A DNA stretch of 63,802 nt, filler included, from Octopus bimaculoides (GCF_001194135.2; 9 parts of 9 records of this genome joined end to end with filler, not necessarily neighbours in it); one strand, 5' to 3'. Positions 51,405-63,214 are shown, counted from the first letter of the whole stretch. Notes: generated by a model from the sequence alone, not told the origin. A program made the numbers and translations.

Positions 51405-52880
51405 GTATATATATATATACATACATATATGTATATATGTGTGTTATATATATTATATATTACATACACACACAGAAACATACATATACCCACATGCAAA
51501 TTTGCCAGTGTATACATACATATGCAAATATCATATATCATATCATATGATGGAGTCTTCCGTCAATTTCCATGACCTCTTCAGTGAAGTAGCATGGGAA
51601 GCGGCCGAGTATTCCATAGACACGTGTACCCATAACATAATTCTTAGAAAGAAACGAGTGTGCATGAGAATGCCGACCCGTCTGCGGTTTCTGTTTAAAT
51701 AGTTGTACTTAACGAGGCACTGGTGGACCAAGGTGATCGTAGACACCATTGCCTAACAAGTCACTCTGTATTATCGGATCCGTGACGTCATGGTTACGAA
51801 GCGAACGTTTTAACTCTTCATCCATCCGTTCATCCTTCCGTCTGTCCATCCGTCTGCCTGCCAGCCTGCCTGCCTGCCTGCCTGTCTGTCTGCCTGTCTG
51901 TCTATCTATCTATCAATCTGTCTACCTTGCTATGTATGTGTTCCCGCGCGTGTATGCATATACACACTCATATATATATACTGTATATATATATATANNN
52001 NNNNNNNNNNNNNNNNNNNNNNNNNNNNNNNNNNNNNNNNNNNNNNNNNNNNNNNNNNNNNNNNNNNNNNNNNNNNNNNNNNNNNNNNNNNNNNNNNNNN
52101 NNNNNNNNNNNNNNNNNNNNNNNNNNNNNNNNNNNNNNNNNNNNNNNNNNNNNNNNNNNNNNNNNNNNNNNNNNNNNNNNNNNNNNNNNNNNNNNNNNNN
52201 NNNNNNNNNNNNNNNNNNNNNNNNNNNNNNNNNNNNNNNNNNNNNNNNNNNNNNNNNNNNNNNNNNNNNNNNNNNNNNNNNNNNNNNNNNNNNNNNNNNN
52301 NNNNNNNNNNNNNNNNNNNNNNNNNNNNNNNNNNNNNNNNNNNNNNNNNNNNNNNNNNNNNNNNNNNNNNNNNNNNNNNNNNNNNNNNNNNNNNNNNNNN
52401 NNNNNNNNNNNNNNNNNNNNNNNNNNNNNNNNNNNNNNNNNNNNNNNNNNNNNNNNNNNNNNNNNNNNNNNNNNNNNNNNNNNNNNNNNNNNNNNNNNNN
52501 NNNNNNNNNNNNNNNNNNNNNNNNNNNNNNNNNNNNNNNNNNNNNNNNNNNNNNNNNNNNNNNNNNNNNNNNNNNNNNNNNNNNNNNNNNNNNNNNNNNN
52601 NNNNNNNNNNNNNNNNNNNNNNNNNNNNNNNNNNNNNNNNNNNNNNNNNNNNNNNNNNNNNNNNNNNNNNNNNNNNNNNNNNNNNNNNNNNNNNNNNNNN
52701 NNNNNNNNNNNNNNNNNNNNNNNNNNNNNNNNNNNNNNNNNNNNNNNNNNNNNNNTCTATCTTATGATATTTACTTTACTTTATATTATACTCATTTATT
52801 GTGCTTTTAATTATTAATTTTTCTATATGTGATAGTGGATTTTCATCGATGAGTTCTTGAAAATTGGTTATTTTCCCTAA

Positions 52881-52922
<42 letters not shown>

Positions 52923-52964
52923 ACATGTATATATTTATGTATGTATGTACGTATGTACGTATTC

Positions 52965-53352
52965 CTGTAGAGTCATGTTCAATACATTCGAGGTTGTAAC
53001 TGAGGGAGTATGTACAGACCGGACCATCAAAGCTAATAAACTGGATATTGTTATGAAAGACCAAAACAATAAAATCTGTTTATTGATTGACATGAGCATA
53101 ACTTGTGATCACAATATCTTGGCAAAAGAATATGATAAGCTCAGGAAATATGGAAATGTGTTGGTTGAAATCGAAAAAATGTGGCATCTCAAGACGGTTA
53201 CAATACCTGTGATTGTAGGAGCACTTGGATTGATCAGAAAAAGAGCTGAAAATCATTTAAGAATCATCCCTGGCTTACCATCATGCAGGAAGTGGAAAAG
53301 ATCGGCATAAGTGGTACGTCACACGTATTGAGAAGAGCATTGTTGCTGTGTA
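52965..53352 (+). mobile_element. R4/Dong-clade RLE endonuclease fragment (second family)
   Basis: TDRTIKANKLDIV...CLLIDMSI...KEYDKLRKY...MWHLKTVTIPVIVGALG, then after a frameshift GTSHVLRRAL. Confidence 0.8.
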
Positions 53353-53557
53353 TTTTCTTTCCTTTTTCCCCTTTATTTTCTTTGTTGTCTATTTTTCCTT
53401 TTTTTCCCTCCTTTTCTCTAATTTTCTTTTCTATCACATGACTTTGCAAATGAACAATCTGCAGTGTTTATTTTGATGGCTTACCAATGTATACAGGGAG
53501 TTTCTTTTCCTAGGTGTAGGGAAGACATTCAACAAGAAATGGAAACAAAATTTATAG

Positions 53558-53625
<68 letters not shown>

Positions 53626-53724
53626 TGATTTTTAAAATTCTCAATCGCAGAATAATGCTAATAATATAACCTGAACAGGATAAACTACCCCTATTTTGCA
53701 AAGAAAAGTGTAGGTGGCGGAATT

Positions 53725-53928
53725 AATTCTTTCTATTAAAGGCACAAGGCCTGAAATTTTAGGAGAGGGGCCTAGCCGATTACCTTAACCCCAGTGTTTC
53801 AATGGTATTTAATTCATCGACTCAGAAAGGATGAAACACAAAGTCGACTCCCGGCGAAATTTGAACTTAGAACGCAAAGACGGGCGAAATGCCGCTAAGC
53901 ATTTTATCCGGCATGCCAACGATTCTTG

Positions 53929-53965
<37 letters not shown>

Positions 53966-54022
53966 TTCTAATGTTGGTACAAGGCCTGAAACCTTTGGGG
54001 GAAGGGGCTAGTCGATTGCATC
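53725..54022 (-). mobile_element. SINE family B copy plus a second tail fragment with (ATT)n
   Basis: aaagtcgactcccggcgaaatttgaacttagaacg; ggtacaaggcctgaaa. Confidence 0.75.
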
Positions 54023-54113
54023 GACGACAACATCAACAATAACAATGCCAGTAATGATAATCACTCCATACCCCCCCCCATCCTCATCATCCTCATCATC
54101 ATCATCATCATCA

Positions 54114-54147
<34 letters not shown>

Positions 54148-55064
54148 TAAGTATCTTACTATGAACAAATTTGCATATATAATAAGATGTCACCTTTAAC
54201 CTATAACATTTCCAGTGATATCATGTATAAAGGGCAGATTACTCAATGTTAAAGATCCTTTCTTTTGTCTTCAAAATATCTCGTTGATGTAGTGGTGGTG
54301 GTGGTGGTAGGAGGATGGCATTGACAGCATCAGCGGTGACGGTGGAGGTGGCAAATGTGATGGTGGTGGTGGTGGTGGCGATGACGGAATTGGTGATGGA
54401 GAGGATTAAGTCAAAGAGGAAGATCTTTGTTCCATGGCTGTGGCCCTCAAACTGGAAGGACCGGATGCCGGGAGGAGGGAGGGTGAAGAGTTTAGATGAG
54501 GTAGGGAAAGTTCAGTCTCTCTTTGATGCTTCGGAAGGAGACTCTAATAACGTGGGTAACTGACTCCAGGGTCGAATACGGTTGTGATTTCGGGTAGAAT
54601 TGTCTGCTTGTCTATCCGTTTGCATGNNNNNNNNNNNNNNNNNNNNNNNNNNNNNNNNNNNNNNNNNNNNTTAATTAATTAANNNNNNNNNNNNNNNNNN
54701 NNNNNNNNNNNNNNNNNNNNNNNNNNTGCCAAGGGAAGTTATCCCTCTCACCACGATCTGCAGCACGAACGGATCCGGATTTCAGGGTTATTTCCCTTCG
54801 TCGGCGTTCGATAGCTACTGACCTTGGCGAGAGAGACAAAAACCTGGCAGCTGGAGGAGATGTCCTCCTGGGGCTAAAAGCAACAGTAACATCCACCCCT
54901 AGGGGTCAGCCACACTTAAGTGGCAATATACTACACTTTATATATATATAGATATATATATACACAATTCAAATATAGGATAAAATCTTTATAAGAATTT
55001 ATCAAGTAGTTAGCGTGAAAAAAACCTCATAAGGGAAAAATCCATCAGTTATTCCCCATAAATA

Positions 55065-55232
55065 TATTTATTTATATTAAGAGCATTACTATACGTAAAT
55101 GCCTCACACTAGGAGGGACTCTAAAAGTCAAACTACCATAATAAACACGTGTTTATTATGGTATTTTGACTTCTAGAGTCCCTCCTAGTGTGAGGCATTT
55201 ATGTATAGTAATGCCCTTAATATTAATAAATA
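55065..55232. repeat. 168-bp spacer-less palindrome
   Basis: Centre acac|gtgt at 55148/55149; 5 mismatches in 84 bp. Confidence 0.9.
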
Positions 55233-55262
55233 CACAGACACACACACACACACGTATATATA

Positions 55263-56099
55263 CAGGACACGATGGGTAAATTGTCACCATTTTATATTTT
55301 TAATTTCATGCATGCGCATTGTTTGCTTTTGATTCTGTTAACTACACTGTGTAGTAGGGTCAGTTGGGTACCGTTTGTAAGAAAAACAGCAGAAATTTGG
55401 AAAGGACATGTTGTACTGCTTGGCATTTGCACCAGATGTTCCATACGAATATTCTAGAGTGTTCGGGTGTCAATTTGAGGACAGTGGAATCTGAGGACAT
55501 ATACCAAGAGTGATAAAAATCAAACATCTTGTCAACATCATGGTGTTTGCTGTGATCACTAGTGATGGCGATGTTATGCCTCCATTTGTCTTCCCACACT
55601 GCCTCACTCAACACAGAGGCCTACATCAAGTGCCTGGAGGAGATAGTGCTGCCCTGGGTGAAGTGGACAGCTGCTGGAAGACCCTGTGTCTGGCAACAGG
55701 ACTCTGCACCATGCCACAGGAGCAGGAGAACTCAGTCATGGCCATCTCACAATTTCTGTGACCACATCACCCCTGACATCTGGTCACTTGACTTCCCAGA
55801 CTTCAATCCCCTTGATTATTATGTGTGGGGCACAGTTGAGCGAGAGACCAACAAAACTCCTTGCAACACCAAAGATGAACTGAAGGCAAAGATTATGGCA
55901 GCATTTACCACCTTAAACAAGGAGACTGTCCAGAAGAATTGCAAGAGATTCTAAAGTCGTCTGGAGGCCGTGGTTGAAGCCAAAGGCAATTTTATTAAAT
56001 ATATTTACTCTTTAGTATTTCAAGATATTTTTATTAATTTTGGTAAATATATCTGTTAGAATGAGATGTCAGTATTATTTTCATTTTTGTGTAATTTAG
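55263..56099 (+). mobile_element. maT-type (DD37D) transposon, internally deleted copy of the 47267-48533 family
   Basis: TA plus TIR CAGGACACGATGGGTAAATTGTC; QQDSAPCH-x-PDFNPLD is D-x37-D. The 3' end runs into a gap. Confidence 0.9.
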
Positions 56100-56561
56100 N
56101 NNNNNNNNNNNNNNNNNNNNNNNNNNNNNNNNNNNNNNNNNNNNNNNNNNNNNNNNNNNNNNNNNNNNNNNNNNNNNNNNNNNNNNNNNNNNNNNNNNNN
56201 NNNNNNNNNNNNNNNNNNNNNNNNNNNNNNNNNNNNNNNNNNNNNNNNNNNNNNNNNNNNNNNNNNNNNNNNNNNNNNNNNNNNNNTATATATATATATA
56301 TATGGGTGTGTGTTTGTGTAACATTGTCTGGACATCATGTGATTCAAAATGAGTTTCACTGTCATATAAACAGTGATATGTCTAAAAACAGGTCTGAACT
56401 TGGAGCGAAATATCGCCTTGCTTGGAAGATGTTTGGTGACAGGAAGGGCATTTGGCCATAGAAAATCTGCCTTAACAAAGTTCATTCAACTCATACAAGT
56501 ATGGAAAAGTGGTCATTAAAATGATGATTATATAAGAAAAACGGATTAATGGATCATGTGA

Positions 56562-56862
56562 TATTGCTACAGTTGCTCTGTTAAGAGTCTTTATTGTGAT
56601 ATAAGCATAGTACAGTCAGGTGTGCTGTAAGCGCAACATCCATAAGATTACATGCTACTCAACTCTTAACTCATCAGGCAAACCAAATAAAGAAGTCGAT
56701 GATGTGTTGATTAATCACTGTTACTGCTTTATTTGGTTAACCTGATAAGTTGAGAGTTGCGTAACATATTATGTAATCTTATGCAAGTTGTGCATGCTGC
56801 ATAGCTAACTGTATTATGCTAATGTCATAATAAAGACTCTTAATGAAACAACTGTAGCAATA
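56562..56862. mobile_element. ~300-bp palindromic MITE with possible TA TSD
   Basis: tattgctacagttg..aagagtctttatt pairs with aataaagactctt..caactgtagcaata; cataagattacat and aaccaaataaag also pair. Confidence 0.75.
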
Positions 56863-56931
56863 CTAGATAACCCATTTGTCTGTTTTTTATTATTTTTTTA
56901 GGCCACACCTAACTTTCCATTCATTCATCAT

Positions 56932-57220
56932 CATCATCATCATCGTTTAACGTCCGCTTTCCATGCTAGCATGGGTTGGACGATTTGACTGAGGACTGGT
57001 GAAACCGGATGGCAACACCAGGCTCCAGTCTGATTTGGCAGAGTTTCTACAGCTGGATGCCCTTCCTAACGCCAACCACTCAGAGAGTGTAGTGGGTGCT
57101 TTTACGTGTCACCCGCACGAAAACGGCCACGCTCGAAATGGTGTCTTTTATGTGCCACCCGCACAAGCCAGTCCAGGGGCACTGGCAACGATCTCGCTCG
57201 AAAATCCTACAGGAGCCAGT
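56932..57220 (-). mobile_element. Retroposon with GGAAGGGCATCC box and (TGA)n tail (RTE-related SINE or non-autonomous element)
   Basis: (CAT)n, then cgtttaacgtccgc...ctggatgcccttcctaacgccaacc; a diverged relative lies in + orientation at 56325-56530. Confidence 0.55.
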
Positions 57221-57367
57221 NNNNNNNNNNNNNNNNNNNNNNNNNNNNNNNNNNNNNNNNNNNNTTAATTAATTAANNNNNNNNNNNNNNNNNNNNNNNN
57301 NNNNNNNNNNNNNNNNNNNNGGTTCATGAACTCATCGATGAAAATCCACTGTCACATATAGAAAAAT

Positions 57368-57495
57368 AATCTTGGGGTTAGTAGCCCATGCTCTTAACCA
57401 CTACACCATATGCTCATGGACATATGGTGTAGTGGTTAAGAACACGGGCTACTAATCCCAAGTTCAATTCCAGGCAGTGACCTGAATAATAATAA
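57368..57495. mobile_element. Second copy of the tRNA-like palindromic centre
   Basis: 57368-57416 is identical to 58148-58196. The right arm retains A box 57425-57435 and B-box-like AGTTCAATTCC 57461-57471. Confidence 0.75.
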
Positions 57496-57643
57496 TTTTC
57501 ATCGATGAGTTCATGAACCTTGTTTCTTTTCCCTAAAACTATATATATGTATATTTAATACTGTGAAACTTAATTTAATTTTAATTTTTAATAAATTGAT
57601 TTTAATTAAATTTTTACCTGTAATTCTGGATTTTTATCCCTAA

Positions 57644-57678
<35 letters not shown>

Positions 57679-57902
57679 GTTATTATATTCAATAGAAACG
57701 GTATTAAATTAAAATAGCCATCTATGTATCAGACTTAAAGTAAATACATTGTTGCAAGGCAAATGTATTGTGATATTTTGTCCAGAGGTCACATCTCTCA
57801 TGGACATTCTATGTTTAAAAGCACAATAGATATCAGAATGAAATGAAAATCATGCCTTCCCAGTTAGCCTTCCTTTATAATTCTATATTTGAGAGATGAG
57901 GA

Positions 57903-58039
57903 ATTATGTACATTATTTACATTTGACGGATATTTGTTTGTTGTTAACACATTTCGGCTGATATACCCTCCAGCCTTCTTCTGGTGTCCTGCGGAAATTC
58001 CGAACCTGGGTTCTCATTCCTAAGGTATTTTTTGATGTT

Positions 58040-58116
<77 letters not shown>

Positions 58117-58433
58117 CATCATCATCATTATTCAGATCACTGCCTAGAATCTTGGGGTTAGTAGCCCATGCTCTTAACCACTACACCATATGCTCACGGA
58201 CATCTGGCATAGTGGTTAAGAGCACGGGCTACTAATCCCAGGCAGTGACCTGAATAATAATGATAATAATAAAAATAATAACAACATCAAAAAATACCTT
58301 AGGAATGAGAACCCAGATTTGAAATTTCCCCAGTCCACTTGAAGAAGACTGGAGAGTATATCAGCCAAAATGTTGTGTTAACAACAAACAAGATGAGGAC
58401 AAATATCTGTCAAATGTAAATAATGTAAATAAT
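57903..58433. mobile_element. Head-to-head palindrome of a tRNA-headed, (TAA)n-linked, hammerhead-tailed short element
   Basis: The arms 57903-58195 and 58198-58433 are reverse complements. Each reads A-box TGG(T/C)(G/A)TAGTGG, GGGCTACTAA(C/T)CCC, (TAA)n, then the same tail as the 43370-43490 hammerhead element. Confidence 0.75.
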
Positions 58434-58720
58434 AGTCTTCCTTTGATATTGTTGCACCTCTTATGTGTACATAGCTTACACTGGGTACATCTTATGGAGT
58501 TTCTACCTATGCCTTTTCTACAGATCAAGCAGGGTCATCTACCTAAAGGGATTTGTGATTTGTCTGCCTTCAAATTTAATTTGCGGTCCATGGGAAGAGC
58601 CGTTTTAATGATGCGTCCTGNNNNNNNNNNNNNNNNNNNNNNNNNNNNNNNNNNNNNNNNNNNNTTAATTAATTAANNNNNNNNNNNNNNNNNNNNNNNN
58701 NNNNNNNNNNNNNNNNNNNN

Positions 58721-58820
58721 ATATACGACGGGCTTCGTTCAGTTTCCGTCTACCAAATCCACTCACAAGACTTTGGTCAGCCCCATGTGATTGAGAAGCA
58801 AGCTTCTTACCACAGCCACG
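58721..58820 (-). mobile_element. SINE family A 5' half, internally deleted
   Basis: cgacgggcttc.ttcagtttccgtctaccaaatccactcacaag joined to gagaagcaagcttcttaccaca. Confidence 0.75.
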
Positions 58821-59324
58821 CTGTTTAAGTCTGATATTTGTTCTCTTTTGTTGAACCGCTGTGTTCGTCCACTCTGTCTGTAGTTGTTGCTTAGTGGTGA
58901 CTCCACGGGCGGTGAACGAGATGATGTCGGTCACAGTTCGACGCAAGGCGGTAGAGTGTGATTTGAAGGAGACTTAGCTGTTATTTCTTACAGGTGGAGA
59001 GCGACTCTGTAGAATATGTCCCGTTAGTTCATCCCCTCTGCCCACCTGTGTATGATTGTCGGTTAATGGTCACTCTAGCGGAAACGAGTGAAGCGATGTC
59101 GGTCGCAGTAAATTTGTTGTTCCTCCATATTTTATATTTATCTCAGCAGCACCGTATTTGCGACTAATGTGGTTAGATTGTGTGCGTATGTTGTTCGGAC
59201 TGAGGTTGGGCGATGATGGTGGGGAAGTAAGAGTTTTGTTTCTTGTGTTATGTACCTTCAGCAATCGCTACACTTATGGATTTTCATCGATTGATTGATT
59301 GATCGATCGAGCTGAGTGCAAAGG

Positions 59325-59611
59325 ATAGTGTTAATATGGTGTTGTAGATGTGTTCGGACTGTGGTAGGCGAAAGTGTTGTTAGGCTGGTATTGTAGACGT
59401 TTGGACCATTGTGAGAGAGATGGTGTTGTTAGGTATACGTTGTAGATGACTAAAGCGTGTGAGAGAGTTGTTAGGATAAATTGTGTTGTTGACGTATCTG
59501 GGCCATAGTTGTTAGGGTGGTGTTGGAGTGTTGGTGTATCTGAGTGGGAGCGATAGTGTTGTTAGGAGTGATATTGTTGTGTTTTGGGGGTCTCGTAGGT
59601 GTCTCTGGACT

Positions 59612-59642
<31 letters not shown>

Positions 59643-60005
59643 TGTGGAAGTGCGTGTGTTGTTAGGCTGGTGTTGTAGATGTTTGTACTGTATGAAGAGT
59701 TAGTGTTTGTTGCTAGGCTTGTGTTGTTGTTAACGCGCCTGGACTGTTTGGAGTGTTAGTGTTGTTAGGACGGCATTGTGCTTGATGTGTCTGGAATGAG
59801 TGAGAGGGAGAGAGTTAAGGTGGCTTTAGCAGTAGTAATGTGACTGAGTATGAACTATGGGGAGAGATAAGTCTTGTTAGCGTGATATAGATATCTGGTC
59901 CGTGACTGTGGAGAGAGAGAGAGAGAATGTGTTGTTAGGGTGGCGGTGTTCGCCAGTAGCATGCACTGGGATTGATACAGGATATGCGATAGTGTTGTTG
60001 TTATC
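59325..60005. repeat. Degenerate G/T-rich minisatellite with a ~45-55-bp unit
   Basis: Recurrent tgttgttagg..ggtgttgtagatgt..tggactgt..gagagag anchor, more than 10 copies. Confidence 0.7.
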
Positions 60006-60889
60006 GGGAGAAAGCTAAAATCTGACAAATGTGTACATTTGATATAAATATCTTTTACTGAATGAATGAACGACAGAAATAAAGAGAAATAATTTACGTT
60101 GAAGAATGGCGGCGGGGGGAGCGGTGTGGTTGGGGGAGAAAGCTCTCGATTGCATGGATTGTCAATTTAGGTAGTTTATTTTTTTTTTCTATTTTGTTTT
60201 CTCTTGAATATTTTTAATTGATATTGATTGTTAAATTAACTTGGTTAGCATCTATTGTTATTTCTTTCTCTTTCTCATCTTTCGCGTCCCCCCCACTCTC
60301 TCTCTCTCTCTCGTCTAACGATATCTTATATCGGAGAGATTGTATCCGATTTTATTACATGCACTAACTATAACACATGCATGCTCTTCTGTACACACAT
60401 ACACACGCACCAGTGTACATACATGCACGCCCTCTTCTGTACACATGCACGCGCACACATTTCAGCGCTCACGCACTTATGTACGTGCGCGCGCACATAC
60501 ACGCACACACTTACATACACACAGACACATGCTCTAACTTCACACAAACGTGCACAAGCGCTCTAACTTCATACATGCATGCATGCATTTCAACACACAT
60601 ATGCACGCACTTCTACATACATGCACACACACTTTTGGTTATGTGCTTACTAACGTGAACAGCCGAATGACTCCAGACTTTTGTGTTTCTTAATTGACAA
60701 TGTACTAAATAGCGCATATTAAGATATGTGCATCTAAGCAATAACAAAGCGAAGAATCTTTGTATGTAACTCTCGGATTACCCTCTTTTATTCACCTGCT
60801 TCACTTCGTGTAGTTTACCATTTACTCCATTACTCTCATGCAAAAAATATACGTGCTAAATCCTCTCTAACGAAAACCCCGACTCTCAC

Positions 60890-61135
60890 CTGTTACTAAG
60901 CAAAATAACAATGCTCTCGGTCTATCGAGAGTCGGGATACCGTTACGCGGGAGAACTGGAGACAAAGGGTACCGTTTGAATGAATGCTGAAACACTGAGG
61001 CTTTTTGTTTGCAAAGAATTGTAAACGTGCCAAGACTTGTCAAGAAGCCTGGACGTGCTTTTCGCAGCGGACCGCAGGCAAGTAGCACCGTCTGTTATGA
61101 ACGGTAAAGCTTTTGTTTACAATCGATGAACGCAC
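60890..61135 (-). other. Candidate non-coding (5'UTR-like) exon
   Basis: Acceptor ccccttgttttcag|G and donor AACAG|GTGAGA. CpG-rich unique sequence with stops in all three frames. Confidence 0.35.
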
Positions 61136-61157
61136 CTGAAAACAAGGGGCAATACAA

Positions 61158-61200
<43 letters not shown>

Positions 61201-61877
61201 NNNNNNNNNNNNNNNNNNNNNNNNNNNNNNNNNNNNNNNNNNNNNNNNNNNNNNNNNNNNNNNNNNNNNNNNNNNNNNNNNNNNNNNNNNNNNNNNNNNN
61301 NNNNNNNNNNNNNNNNNNNNNNNNNNNNNNNNNNNNNNNNNNNNNNNNNNNNNNNNNNNNNNNNNNNNNNNNNNNNNNNNNNNNNNNNNNNNNNNNNNNN
61401 NNNNNNNNNNNNNNNNNNNNNNNNNNNNNNNNNNNNNNNNNNNNNNNNNNNNNNNNNNNNNNNNNNNNNNNNNNNNNNNNNNNNNNNNNNNNNNNNNNNN
61501 NNNNNNNNNNNNNNNNNNNNNNNNNNNNNNNNNNNNNNNNNNNNNNNNNNNNNNNNNNNNNNNNNNNNNNNNNNNNNNNNNNNNNNNNNNNNNNNNNNNN
61601 NNNNNNNNNNNNNNNNNNNNNNNNNNNNNNNNNNNNNNNNNNNNNNNNNNNNNNNNNNNNNNNNNNNNNNNNNNNNNNNNNNNNNNNNNNNNNNNNNNNN
61701 NNNNNNNNNNNNNNNNNNNNNNNNNNNNNNNNNNNNNNNNNNNNNNNNNNNNNNNNNNNNNNNNNNNNNNNNNNNNNNNNNNNNNNNNNNNNNNNNNNNN
61801 NNNNNNNNNNNNNNNNNNNNNNNNNNNNNNNNNNNNNNNNNNNNNNNNNNNNNNNNNNNNNNNNNNNNNNNNNNNNT

Positions 61878-62247
61878 ATTCTATCAACCCTGAAAGGGAT
61901 AAAAGGCACAGTTGACCCCGATGGCATTTGAACTCAGAACATAAGGCCAGATGAAATGCTAAGCATTCCATACCCCCCCTCCCCGGTGTGCTAACGATTC
62001 TACCAGTTCACCACCCTCTCCAATAATAATAATTATTATTTCTTTATTGCCCACAGGGGGCTAAACATAGAGGGGACAAACAAGGACAGTCCAACGGATT
62101 AAGTCGATTACATCGACCCAGTGCATAACTGGTACTTATTTAATCAACCCCGAAAGGATCAAAGGCAAAGTCGACCTGGGCGGAATTTGAACTCAGAACG
62201 TAATGGCAGACGAAATACCGCTAAGCATTTCGCCCGGCGTGCTAACG
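61878..62247 (-). mobile_element. Two tandem SINE family B copies, the second with an alternative 3' tail
   Basis: 61878-62015 and 62033-62247; variant tail tttctttattgcccacagggggctaaacatagagggg. Confidence 0.8.
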
Positions 62248-62424
62248 NNNNNNNNNNNNNNNNNNNNNNNNNNNNNNNNNNNNNNNNNNNNTTAATTAAT
62301 TAANNNNNNNNNNNNNNNNNNNNNNNNNNNNNNNNNNNNNNNNNNNNCTTACATGGATGTGTGTCAAAAGGTTATTTGAAAATGTATGGAACATAGGAGC
62401 ACAAATAGATAGAGAGACAGACAG

Positions 62425-62495
<71 letters not shown>

Positions 62496-62496
62496 T

Positions 62497-62536
<40 letters not shown>

Positions 62537-62629
62537 GAAGATAAATAATGAAGTATATGCATCACTAAGAATAATGAAAGTGTGTCGATAGCAAATGCTC
62601 AAGCATAAAAAAACTCACACGACCACATT

Positions 62630-62880
62630 GTGGCTGAGCACTCCACCGACACGTGTATCTTTAAAGTAGTTCTCAGGAAGATTGAGCGTGACACAAAGCA
62701 CGACAAGGCTGTCCCTTTGAAATACAGGTACTACTCATTTTTGTCAGGAGAGTTGACTGGTGCAACGTGAAATAAAATGTCCTGCACAAGGACAGAATGT
62801 GTCGCCGGTAATTGAACTCACGATTTTACGATAATGAGTCAAATACTCCAATCACGAAGCCATGCGCCTTCAATTACAGT
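62630..62880 (-). mobile_element. Chimeric SINE: family D head and core with family C tail
   Basis: Head gaaggcgcatggc and core ttatttcacgttgc, joined to tacctgtatttcaaagg...gacacgtgt..ggagtgctcagccac. Confidence 0.7.
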
Positions 62881-63214
62881 AAGTAATTGCAAGTCAAACT
62901 GACGAAAGAATATTTGGTCACAGGGAAATGACTCGATTTTGAACTATAGAAAAAGATAAAAGTTTATCACAAGAAGAATTTAAAACCCAGTGGGATTAGG
63001 AGGTGAGATATGATACAAGATGATAACAAAGAATCGAAGAGAGATGGAGAAAAACGAATAAGTGTAACTCAAAAAGAAAAAAAGACAAATTAAAACACAG
63101 AGAGGAATTTGACTAAGGTATAAAATATTAAGATTAAGAATTATATGAATATTGTAAAAAAACAAACCTGCTATATTTTGGCGAGTAGGCGCTACTGAGA
63201 ATTATAGAGACTGT

